From Candidatus Micrarchaeota archaeon (GTDB taxonomy: Archaea > B1Sed10-29 > JAJRYS01), in assembly GCA_964496415.1 (NCBI GenBank), contig CAZBZN010000009.1:7792-26955 (forward strand): 19,164 bases of DNA. Reading direction: 5' to 3'. The position numbers were made by a program, and so were the translations under genes. The notes beneath the pieces are model-generated. The model did no database searches and had not been told where the DNA came from. It saw only the letters and a list, made by a program, of their open reading frames with translations. Below are positions 1 through 7,551 of this stretch, in pieces; within the stretch, counting starts at the first letter, position 1; each line of letters opens with the position of its first letter.

Positions 1-1422
1 CGTTTCAAGCTTTTTGGAAAGCTCAGGGAATTCTTTCAAAGAGGCTTCTGGAACAGTTATCTGCTTTGCAATCTCAATAGCTTTATTATCTGAGACTCCT
101 TTTTCAGCTGCTTTTTTTGCTTCTTTAACATCTTCATGCATTTCTTTAACATGCTCAACTGGAACTAAATTCTTCTCTTTTATCTTTTCTTCAAGCTCTG
201 ATATCCTCTTACTTAACTCACTTATCTCCTCTTTTATGGTTTTAGAATCAAGGCCTTCAACTTTTCCTGTTAAAAAATCAAGTTTTCTTGAAATTTCATC
301 AAGCTGTTCTGAGACAGAATCAATGTTTTTAGCTTTTTCAAGTTTTTGCTCAAGTTCTCTCAAAACATTAAGAAGCAGCGTTGACTCCTGTGCTTCTGGA
401 AGAGTTTTTATCCTCTCCTCAGCTGCTTTCATTTTCTCAATCAAAGGCTCTCTAAGTTCTTTGCTTTTCAAACCTTCAAGTTCTTCTTTTAACTTTGAAA
501 ATTCCTGCTTTATGAGAGTCAACTGCTGTACTTCCCCTATTGGATAAGATTCCATCCATTTAGATACTTTGACAAGTTTGTCTTCTAAGCTTTTTACTTT
601 TTGAAGCAGCTCGCCAGCCTTCTCCTGTTCTTCCCGACTCAGTTTTGCTGACTCGTCAAGTTTTTTCTTTAACTCTTCAATAACCTTAAGGTCTTCAGTT
701 ATTGCTTTTAGTTTTTCTTCAAGTTCTTTTGACTTCTCAAGTCTTCCTGAAGTCAGCAGTTCTTCTAAAGAACTTAGTTTTGAACTAACCAAGCCAAGCT
801 GAGACTTTATTGCTTCAACAACTGGCTTTAAACTAGAATCCTCTTCTAACTCTTGTTCTATTGACTCAAGTCTTTTTCCAAGCATTTCAACTTCTTTTTT
901 TATCGGCTGCACTGCAGACTCAACACTCTTAGGAGACTCATAAACTTTCTTCTCCAGTTCCTCAAGCTCTTTAGAAATATCCTTAAGCTCCCTGCTTACT
1001 ACCTCTAACTGAGAGCTTTTTGGTAATGCTTTTATTAATTCTTCAAGTCTTGAAATCTTTTCAGAAACCCTTGAAATTGCTTCTTGATTAGCTTTAACTA
1101 TTGCCTTGTAATTTTGAGCTTCTTCAAGCTTTTTGTTCAAAACATCAATTTGTTTCAGCAAGTCAATCTGTGACTTTGTTATTGAAGCAAGAGTCTTTTC
1201 AATAGCTTCTTCAGTGTCAGTCTGAGAAGCTTCAATAAGCATATTCATTAAATAGTCAACTTTATCAGCTAACTTCTTGTTCTGTCTCAAAGCAACCTTA
1301 ACCATGTCCTCTAATTCTTTCTGCCGGTCATAACCCTCAAACATCTTTTTTTCCTTTAAAGCTTTTTCAAGCTCTTGAATCCTCTTTTTTAATTCTTCTT
1401 GAGTTTTTTTAAGATCCTCCAT
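1..1422 (-). CDS. Long coiled-coil protein, partial (at least 474 aa, C-terminus outside the window)
   Basis: Manual translation from ATG at 1422 (MEDLKKTQEELKKRIQELEKALKEKK...) stays open to position 1. A GGAGG Shine-Dalgarno lies just upstream. The sequence is E/K/L-rich and heptad-like throughout, with no N-terminal Walker A, signal peptide or TM segment. It is missing from the ORF track because it has no stop in the window. Confidence 0.85.
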   Translation of the reverse strand, partial: MEDLKKTQEELKKRIQELEKALKEKKMFEGYDRQKELEDMVKVALRQNKKLADKVDYLMNMLIEASQTDTEEAIEKTLASITKSQIDLLKQIDVLNKKLEEAQNYKAIVKANQEAISRVSEKISRLEELIKALPKSSQLEVVSRELKDISKELEELEKKVYESPKSVESAVQPIKKEVEMLGKRLESIEQELEEDSSLKPVVEAIKSQLGLVSSKLSSLEELLTSGRLEKSKELEEKLKAITEDLKVIEELKKKLDESAKLSREEQEKAGELLQKVKSLEDKLVKVSKWMESYPIGEVQQLTLIKQEFSKLKEELEGLKSKELREPLIEKMKAAEERIKTLPEAQESTLLLNVLRELEQKLEKAKNIDSVSEQLDEISRKLDFLTGKVEGLDSKTIKEEISELSKRISELEEKIKEKNLVPVEHVKEMHEDVKEAKKAAEKGVSDNKAIEIAKQITVPEASLKEFPELSKKLET

Positions 1423-1486
1423 AGAATCCTCCTCTCAACTTCCCAATTCAAAATAATGCCATGACGCATTTCATGAAAAAGTTCAC

Positions 1487-2218
1487 TCACTCATGCTTTA
1501 AATATTTTTTGAAAGCTTTTATCAGTTCTTTTGTTGTTTTTTCTTCAACTATAAACCAAAGCCAAAAACCCCATAATGCTAAAGACCATGCAACAAGCAC
1601 TGTCTTCCAAAGAAGATCATGAGTTAAGTATAATGCTTCTGCTCCTCCGTAGTAGCCTGCTGCAAAAGTAGTAACTATACGTAGCACGTTAATAATATAC
1701 ATCAAAGGCCATGAAATCAACAAGCCTATTGCTCTTTTCTTCAAGTTTACTCCAGGATAACCTATTATCAAAGCAGATACTGTTATTATTCCCATAAGCC
1801 CGACGCATTCTGGTATTATGTCAACTTCAAGCACATGGTCATTAACACCAATTATAGTTGCTGTTGAGAGGTAAACGTTTCGCCCTTGTCTCTGCAAGGA
1901 GTCAATGTACTTAAACACTATTTCTTCTTCCCATGGAGTAAGTTTTTTTGCTTTAAGTTCTATCCCTGAACTAGTATTCTCCTCTTTCAAGTATTGCGAA
2001 AGCACTTCTGCTGATTTTTGTTCTGTTAAAGGCAGCCTTACAACTATTTCATAAACTTCTGCATTTATTCCAAGTAATTTTAAAACTGCTGAAGAATGAT
2101 AAGCAACCATTCTCTTTTCAAAAGTCATTTCAGGCCTTACTTCTGACAAGTAAGCAAGAAGTATTGAAGCAACAGCAACTACTGAGACAAAATAAAGAAC
2201 CTGTTCAAGTTTTTCCAT
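1487..2218 (-). CDS. Archaeosortase/exosortase-family membrane transpeptidase
   Basis: Multi-TM protein with the family's Cys-Arg-His arrangement: 'VDIIPECVG' (Cys), 'INVLRIV' (N..R) and 'LTHDLLWK' (His). AGGTGG RBS upstream. Confidence 0.8.
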   Translation of the reverse strand: MEKLEQVLYFVSVVAVASILLAYLSEVRPEMTFEKRMVAYHSSAVLKLLGINAEVYEIVVRLPLTEQKSAEVLSQYLKEENTSSGIELKAKKLTPWEEEIVFKYIDSLQRQGRNVYLSTATIIGVNDHVLEVDIIPECVGLMGIITVSALIIGYPGVNLKKRAIGLLISWPLMYIINVLRIVTTFAAGYYGGAEALYLTHDLLWKTVLVAWSLALWGFWLWFIVEEKTTKELIKAFKKYLKHE

Positions 2219-2266
2219 AAAGCCACCTGAAGGTTTTTATTCAAGAATAATATTTAAACTAAATCT

Positions 2267-2596
2267 ATGGATGCTTATATGTTACTGAAAAACTTTGGAT
2301 ACAAAATTGATGAAAAAGGAAACATTTACCACACTAATCACTTAATAACTGCTATAAGCATTGAAGAAACTCCTGAAGGAGGAATTTTAAGAGTACACAG
2401 GCCTATTGATTCTTTCTTTTACAATTATGACCTAGAAGATAACTTGTTTTTCCCTGAAAAAATTTCAAAAAAATACGTTTACTTCAGAAACAAAAAAGAT
2501 GAAAAATTCAAAGTAAGAAAAAAAGAATTTGAAGAAAAAGTAATAGAAGCAATGATAAACTACAAGGAAAGCTTTTTCAGACAAATAGCAGGATAA
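2267..2596 (+). CDS. Hypothetical protein (109 aa)
   Basis: The ORF fills the gap between divergent and convergent neighbours and has host-like composition; no recognisable motif. Confidence 0.65.
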   Translation: MDAYMLLKNFGYKIDEKGNIYHTNHLITAISIEETPEGGILRVHRPIDSFFYNYDLEDNLFFPEKISKKYVYFRNKKDEKFKVRKKEFEEKVIEAMINYKESFFRQIAG

Positions 2597-2599
2597 AGA

Positions 2600-3001
2600 T
2601 TAAATCTCTTTGAACTTGTTTAAAGTTGAAAGAGTATGAGCTTCAAGTTCATCTACTAACTCCTTATTAATCTCATAACTGTCTTTTACTCTTTTAATAA
2701 CCCCATATTTCTCAAAAACAGTTAAGTCAGGCTCTACTTTTTTCCCAACATGGAACAGAAGCTCATCAATAAAAGCTATCCCACCATGAGTTAAAAGATA
2801 ATCAATTGCTTCAGCTAGTCTTTTTTTATCCTTTGCATTTTCAAACAATGACTTAAGAGAAACTGCTTCAGCTCTAACATCATCAGCAATCACAAAAGAA
2901 AAAGAACCACACTTATTACATTTCTTCCAACCTTCAAAACTCTCATCTTTAAACACAACTTTCAAGCCAGAACCACATTCAGGGCACTTAACTGTTTTCA
3001 T
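2600..3001 (-). CDS. Zn-ribbon plus probable winged-helix protein
   Basis: N-terminal CPEC...CNKC. The C-terminal part (RLAEAIDYLLTHGG-IAFIDEL...LTVFEKYGVIKRVKDSYEIN) has the helix-helix-'GVI'-wing pattern of wHTH domains. Confidence 0.65.
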   Translation of the reverse strand: MKTVKCPECGSGLKVVFKDESFEGWKKCNKCGSFSFVIADDVRAEAVSLKSLFENAKDKKRLAEAIDYLLTHGGIAFIDELLFHVGKKVEPDLTVFEKYGVIKRVKDSYEINKELVDELEAHTLSTLNKFKEI

Positions 3002-3048
3002 AATGTTTTTTTGGAAAAAGTTATTTAAAAAACTTGCCTAATAACAGC

Positions 3049-3510
3049 ATGTTTTTTGAAAAAATTTATGACTCATGGAAGAAAAAACAAGAAGAAAAAT
3101 ACAAAATATTCATAAGGGCGGTAAAAAAGCATGTGAAAGAAAGAAACTCCTTAATAGATGTTGGGATAGGAAGAGGATGGTTTGAGCAATTCATGAAAAC
3201 AAAAGGCCTTAACTTCAAAAAAATAGTAGGAGTTGACCCAAAAGCAAAAGTAAATGATGAAAACATAAAGATAATAAGAAAAGAAAAGTATTCCACAAGT
3301 GAAAGTTTTGACTTATTGGTGTGTATTGATACTCTTCACTTGATTGATCAAAAATACCTTGACTCGTTCAATGCTAAATATTTATTAATTAGTGTTCCTA
3401 AAAAATTCAAGAACATGCTTGACTACTTTAGAAAGTATGATGTGCTTGAAGAAGGAGAAGCTGGAGAAGAAGAAAAAGACTACTACTTGCTTGTAAAAAA
3501 GGTGATATAA
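3049..3510 (+). CDS. Class I SAM-dependent methyltransferase (short)
   Basis: Motif I 'LIDVGIGRG', post-I 'IVGVDP' and motif II-like 'SFDLLVCIDTLH'. ATG at 3049 is preferred over TTG at 3034. The stop overlaps the leuS start (TAATG). Confidence 0.75.
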   Translation: MFFEKIYDSWKKKQEEKYKIFIRAVKKHVKERNSLIDVGIGRGWFEQFMKTKGLNFKKIVGVDPKAKVNDENIKIIRKEKYSTSESFDLLVCIDTLHLIDQKYLDSFNAKYLLISVPKKFKNMLDYFRKYDVLEEGEAGEEEKDYYLLVKKVI

Positions 3511-6329
3511 TGGATTATTCTGCTATTGAAGAAAAATGGCAGCAAAAGTGGAAAGAGGCAGGAATATGGAAATCAAAAGCAGAACCAGGAAAGCCCAAAT
3601 TCTTTATGCATTTTGCTTATCCTGGAGTTTCAGGATACTTACATGTAGGTCACATGAGGGGTTACGCTTACACAGATATTATCTGCAGATACAAAAAAAT
3701 GACTGGTTATAATGTTTTCTTCCCAGTAGGAGTACATGCTTCAGGAAACCAAGCAATTAGTTTTGCTAAAAAAGTTCAAAGAGGAGATAAAAAATGGATT
3801 GAATACCTCTTAGCACATGGGTTTCCTGAACAAGAATTAAAAAAAATGAAAGATGTTAATTATGTAATTGATTACTTCATAAAAGAATACGTTAACTACT
3901 GGCAAAAATTTGGGTTTTTAGCTGACTGGGATTCATTAACCTGTACTACTTACCCTGATTACAATAAGTTCATTGAATGGCAGTTCAAGAAACTTAACCA
4001 AAGGGGATTGCTTGTTCAAAAAGAATACTATGCTACTTTTTGCCCTAACTGCGGACCAGTGGCAGTAGACCCTTCAGAGACAGACATTTCAAAAGGAGGT
4101 AATGCTGAGAAATACGAGTTCACTTTGATAAAGTTCAAGTATGATGACTCTTATCTTGTAGCAGCTACTTTAAGACCAGAAACAATGTATGGTCAAACTA
4201 ACTTATGGGTTAACCCAGAAGTAGAATACGTGAAAGTAAAAGTGAAAACAAGTAAAGGAGAAGAAACATGGATCTGTTCAAAAGAATGCGCTGAAAAACT
4301 AAAAAACCAAAAAGAAGAAGTGAAAGTCATAGGAACCATAGAAGGAAAAGAGTTAATAGGTAAAAAAGCGTTCGCGCCAGTAGTTGAAAGAGAATTAATA
4401 ATTCTTCCTTCAAAGTTCTGTGACCCAGGCATAGGAACAGGAATAGTGACTTCTGTTCCTTCAGACGCACCATATGACTACAGAGCATTAAAAGACCTGC
4501 AAGAAAATGAAGAAGAATGCAGGAAGTACGGGCTTGACTGGGAGGAAATAAAGTCAATAGAGATCATTCCAATAATCAAGTCAAAAGAATGGGGAGAAAC
4601 ACCAGCAGTAAAGATATGCAAGGAAATGGGAATAAAAAACCAAGATGATCCAAAACTGGAAGAAGCTACTAAAATAATTTACAAGGCAGGGTTCCATACA
4701 GGGGTCATGAACGACAACTGCGGGCCTTATGCTGGAATGAAAGTAGAAGAAGCTAAGGAAAAAATGAAACAAAAGTTAATTGAAGAAGGAAAAGCAGACG
4801 TGATGTATGACCTAAGTGAAGAAGTTATATGCAGGTGCGGGGAAAAAGTCCTGATAAAAAAAGTCCCTGACCAATGGTTCATAAAATACTCTGACCCTGA
4901 ATGGAAAGAAAAAACAAAACAGCATGCTAAGAGCATGAAAATAATGCCAAAAGAGTACTATGAAAACTTCTCAAAAGTAATTGACTGGTACCAAGACAGA
5001 GCATGCGCAAGATTAGGTAACTGGCTTGGAACAAAACTTCCTTTTGACAAGAAATGGACTATTGAACCAATTTCTGATTCAACTCTTTACTCCGCATACT
5101 ACGTAGTATCAAGGTACTACAACGCTGGCAAGATAAAGCTTGACGAAATGAATGAAGAGTTCTTTGACTATGTGTTCCTTGGAAAAGGACAACCAAAAAA
5201 CGAGGTATGGGAAGAAATCAGGAAAGAGTTTGAGTACTGGTATCCAGTTGACTTTAACCTTGGAGGAAAGGAGCACAAAACAGTTCACTTCCCAGTATAT
5301 GTCATGAACCACGTGGCTATACTCAATGAAAAAGACTGGCCAAAAGGCATAATAGCTCACTGGTACGTTACTGGAAAAGGGGGTAAGATTTCAAAATCAA
5401 AAGGAGGAGCCTCTGCTTCGCCATTAGAAGCTGCTAAAAAATATTCAGTAGATGCTTTAAGGCTTTACTATTCTCATGCAGCTTCATTGTTTGTTGATGT
5501 TGAATGGAATGAAAAAGACGTGCTATCTTACAAAACACACTTAAATTCTTTCACACAATTAATTGAAAAATTAAGTTCTCTGGAAACAAACGACCAAAAT
5601 AGTTCAATTGATGAATGGATTATTTCAAAAATGAATGAAAAGCTGAAAGAATACCACAAAGCAATGGAAGAAATAGACCTTAGAAAAGCAGTAGGGGTAA
5701 TGCTTTTTGACTTTACTAAAGACATTCAAAGATACTTAAAAAGAGGAGGAGAGAACAAACAGGTAATAAAAACAATTATAGACACTCTCTTAAAGACAAT
5801 GGCTCCTTTCATACCACACACCTGCGAAGAATTATGGGAGAAGACAGGCCATGAGTCCTTAGTCTCAACCCAGCAAATACCAACTCCTGATGAGTCAAAG
5901 ATAAGCAAAAAAGCAGAACTAAAAGAGCAGTTAGTTGAAGAAGTAGAAAAAGGAATTAACAATGTCATAAAGCTTACTGGAATAAAACCAAAAAAGATAA
6001 CAATAATAACTGCGCCTGAATGGAAAAGAAAAGCATATGAAAAAGCAAAAACCCTAAACGTGAAAGAGATAATACCAACATTAATGAAAGATGATGAAAT
6101 AAAAGAACATGGAAAAAACGCCTTGAAATACTTGCAATGGCTTACAAAGCATTATCATGAACTTGATGAAAAATTAAGCAGTAAGGAAGAAGAAAAAGTC
6201 CTGAAAGACGCAGAGCAATACCTTAAAAAACAATTTGATGCAGAAATAATAATAGAAAAAGCAGAAGATTCAAAGCATGAAAAAGCAAATAACGCCTTGC
6301 CGGGAAAACCAGCAATACTTCTTGAATGA
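3510..6329 (+). CDS. leuS: Leucyl-tRNA synthetase (archaeal type)
   Basis: HIGH-like 'HVGH' and KMSKS-like 'KISKS'. CP1 editing motifs 'ATLRPET' and 'GTGIVTSVPSDAPYD'. Archaeal C-terminus 'ALPGKPAI'. GGTGA RBS. Confidence 0.96.
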   Translation: MDYSAIEEKWQQKWKEAGIWKSKAEPGKPKFFMHFAYPGVSGYLHVGHMRGYAYTDIICRYKKMTGYNVFFPVGVHASGNQAISFAKKVQRGDKKWIEYLLAHGFPEQELKKMKDVNYVIDYFIKEYVNYWQKFGFLADWDSLTCTTYPDYNKFIEWQFKKLNQRGLLVQKEYYATFCPNCGPVAVDPSETDISKGGNAEKYEFTLIKFKYDDSYLVAATLRPETMYGQTNLWVNPEVEYVKVKVKTSKGEETWICSKECAEKLKNQKEEVKVIGTIEGKELIGKKAFAPVVERELIILPSKFCDPGIGTGIVTSVPSDAPYDYRALKDLQENEEECRKYGLDWEEIKSIEIIPIIKSKEWGETPAVKICKEMGIKNQDDPKLEEATKIIYKAGFHTGVMNDNCGPYAGMKVEEAKEKMKQKLIEEGKADVMYDLSEEVICRCGEKVLIKKVPDQWFIKYSDPEWKEKTKQHAKSMKIMPKEYYENFSKVIDWYQDRACARLGNWLGTKLPFDKKWTIEPISDSTLYSAYYVVSRYYNAGKIKLDEMNEEFFDYVFLGKGQPKNEVWEEIRKEFEYWYPVDFNLGGKEHKTVHFPVYVMNHVAILNEKDWPKGIIAHWYVTGKGGKISKSKGGASASPLEAAKKYSVDALRLYYSHAASLFVDVEWNEKDVLSYKTHLNSFTQLIEKLSSLETNDQNSSIDEWIISKMNEKLKEYHKAMEEIDLRKAVGVMLFDFTKDIQRYLKRGGENKQVIKTIIDTLLKTMAPFIPHTCEELWEKTGHESLVSTQQIPTPDESKISKKAELKEQLVEEVEKGINNVIKLTGIKPKKITIITAPEWKRKAYEKAKTLNVKEIIPTLMKDDEIKEHGKNALKYLQWLTKHYHELDEKLSSKEEEKVLKDAEQYLKKQFDAEIIIEKAEDSKHEKANNALPGKPAILLE

Positions 6330-6334
6330 AACAA

Positions 6335-6456
6335 GGGTCCGTAGCATAGTCAGAACCTTTCTTAAAAATAAAACTTTACCAAAGAAAGGTTCCTAGAATG
6401 GATAATGCGGCGGCCTTCTAAGCCGCAGATCGTGGGTTCGAATCCCACCGGGCCCG
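6335..6456 (+). tRNA. tRNA-Arg(TCT) with a 47-nt D-loop intron (6352-6398); CCA not encoded
   Basis: The spliced 75-nt cloverleaf is GGGTCCG TA GCAT AGTC|TGGATA ATGC G GCGGC CT-TCT-AA GCCGC AGATC GTGGG TTCGAAT CCCAC CGGGCCC G. Anticodon at 6417-6419; A20 Arg identity element present. Confidence 0.93.
6352..6398 (+). other. Non-canonical tRNA intron at position 17/17a (relaxed BHB)
   Basis: Perfect 11-bp stem GAACCTTTCTT (6353-6363)/AAGAAAGGTTC (6382-6392), bulge TCA, central helix ATAG/CTAG (3 bp plus A.G) and bulge AAT. Cutting after the 2nd nt of each bulge restores the D-loop AGTCTGGATA. Confidence 0.85.
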
Positions 6457-6465
6457 TATCAGTCT

Positions 6466-7377
6466 TCAAAAAATACTAGCTCCTATTAAAGGCAGTAACA
6501 CTGTCGCATCACCTTCTACAGTAACGTACCTTGCTTTTTCTTTAACCTTTCCCCAAGAAACAGCTTCCCTCATTCTTGCTCCGCTTAAACTACCATCCCA
6601 TTCAGGAGCAGTAGTAACGTAAACCGCGTAATCCAAGCCATCCTTAAATTGATTCCACCAGATTACATGATGTTTTGAAATTCCCCCTCCTATCATTAAT
6701 GCTCCTGTCTTCTCATTACTAAAAACAATGTCAGCAAGCTTATCCTCATCTTTGAAAACATTTACTTTAAAGTCAGGGTAATCTTGCATGACCATGAACA
6801 ACTGCAAGCCAACAGCACCATCAGTAATCCCTGGAACAAACACAGGGATTTTGTTCTTATAAGCCCAGTAAATAATTGAATCCTTTGACTTCAGTTTTTT
6901 ACCTATCTCCCAGACAAGCTCGTAAGTTGAAAGCTCTTCATGTTTTTCAGCAATACTCATAAGGATTGGCTTAAGCTTTTTTTCAATCACTCCCCCATAA
7001 TTTTTCTGCGGTATGAAAACATTCCCAAGCCTGTGAATGCCTTTCTTATGAAGTTCCACATCATCTGCTTCAAAAAAACCACTATAATAATTAGCCCAGA
7101 TTCTTGCCAAGTCATGGTCAAGAGTACCACACGTGGTTATTACAGCATCAAATTTTTTCTTCTTAACAAAATCCTTTATCACCCCACGAGTTCCTGTTGA
7201 GATAATACAAGCTGGAAAAGAAAGAAACTTAAAACAATTTTCTTCTTCCATTTTTTGTAATATCTCAACTGCTGTCGCTAGTTTTTTAGCAGTAAATCCC
7301 CCTGCTGCAGAAAATTGTTTTATTAATTCCTTAACAGTAATTGAACTTTTTAGGTTAATATCTTTTACTGGCTTCAT
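6466..7377 (-). CDS. dys: Deoxyhypusine synthase
   Basis: Motifs 'GGFTAKKL', 'TTCGTLDHD', 'HRLGNV', 'PGITDGAVG', 'GGGISKHH' and 'DGSLSGARMREAVSWGK' (catalytic Lys). GGTGA RBS. Confidence 0.95.
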   Translation of the reverse strand: MKPVKDINLKSSITVKELIKQFSAAGGFTAKKLATAVEILQKMEEENCFKFLSFPACIISTGTRGVIKDFVKKKKFDAVITTCGTLDHDLARIWANYYSGFFEADDVELHKKGIHRLGNVFIPQKNYGGVIEKKLKPILMSIAEKHEELSTYELVWEIGKKLKSKDSIIYWAYKNKIPVFVPGITDGAVGLQLFMVMQDYPDFKVNVFKDEDKLADIVFSNEKTGALMIGGGISKHHVIWWNQFKDGLDYAVYVTTAPEWDGSLSGARMREAVSWGKVKEKARYVTVEGDATVLLPLIGASIF

Positions 7378-7390
7378 TTTTTCACCGAAG

Positions 7391-7410
7391 TATTTTTATA
7401 CTTTTTAAGT
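7391..7410. promoter_or_regulatory. Divergent TATA region for tRNA-Trp and dys
   Basis: TTTATA at 7395-7400 lies about 28 nt before the tRNA 5' end (7428), within a 50-nt divergent gap. Confidence 0.45.
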
Positions 7411-7454
7411 TAAAAAGAATATGCTATGGGGCCATGGGGTAGTCTGGCATCCTA

Positions 7455-7485
7455 TTCTCAACAGTTGCTGCTGTTGAGAGGATAA
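7455..7485 (+). other. Non-canonical 31-nt tRNA intron at 26/27
   Basis: 9-bp inner stem TCTCAACAG/CTGTTGAGA, bulge TAT (7453-55), perfect 4-bp central helix ATCC/GGAT and bulge AAA (7484-86). The outer helix is absent or weak (BHL-like). Confidence 0.85.
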
Positions 7486-7496
7486 ACTGGCTCCAG

Positions 7497-7551
7497 TTCG
7501 CTGAATTGGAGCAATGAGCCGTAGGCAATGACTTCCAATTGGTCTGAAGAG
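7497..7551 (+). ncRNA. 55-nt 37/38 intron of tRNA-Trp, a probable box C/D guide RNA (Cm34 guide)
   Basis: Guide GAATTGGAGC (7503-7512) is complementary to pre-tRNA GCTCCAGTTC (7490-7499, one G.U) and is followed by D'-like ATGA (7514-17). The +5 nucleotide G7509 pairs with C34. Downstream are a GCC-GTA-GGC hairpin, C'-like ATGACTT, a second antisense element CAATTGGTCT matching the 3' junction and exon, and CTGA (7544-47). C/D-guide tRNA-Trp introns are established in Haloferax, Pyrococcus and Archaeoglobus. Confidence 0.8.

Noticed and set aside
14..547. 177-aa Ser/Phe-rich plus-strand ORF
   Set aside because: Antisense shadow of the Glu/Lys-rich coiled-coil gene on the minus strand.
1..1422. 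Coiled-coil ORF as the SMC partner of scpAB
   Set aside because: It has no N-terminal Walker A head and lies about 17 kb away. smc unlinked from scpAB is not unusual.
1455..1475. Overlapping 5-bp inverted repeats (AATGC/GCATT and CATGA/TCATG) upstream of the coiled-coil gene
   Set aside because: Too short, and no second copy was noticed; indistinguishable from chance.
6353..6392. Hairpin after leuS read as an intrinsic terminator
   Set aside because: It sits inside the tRNA-Arg D-loop with splice-motif flanks, so an intron explains it better.
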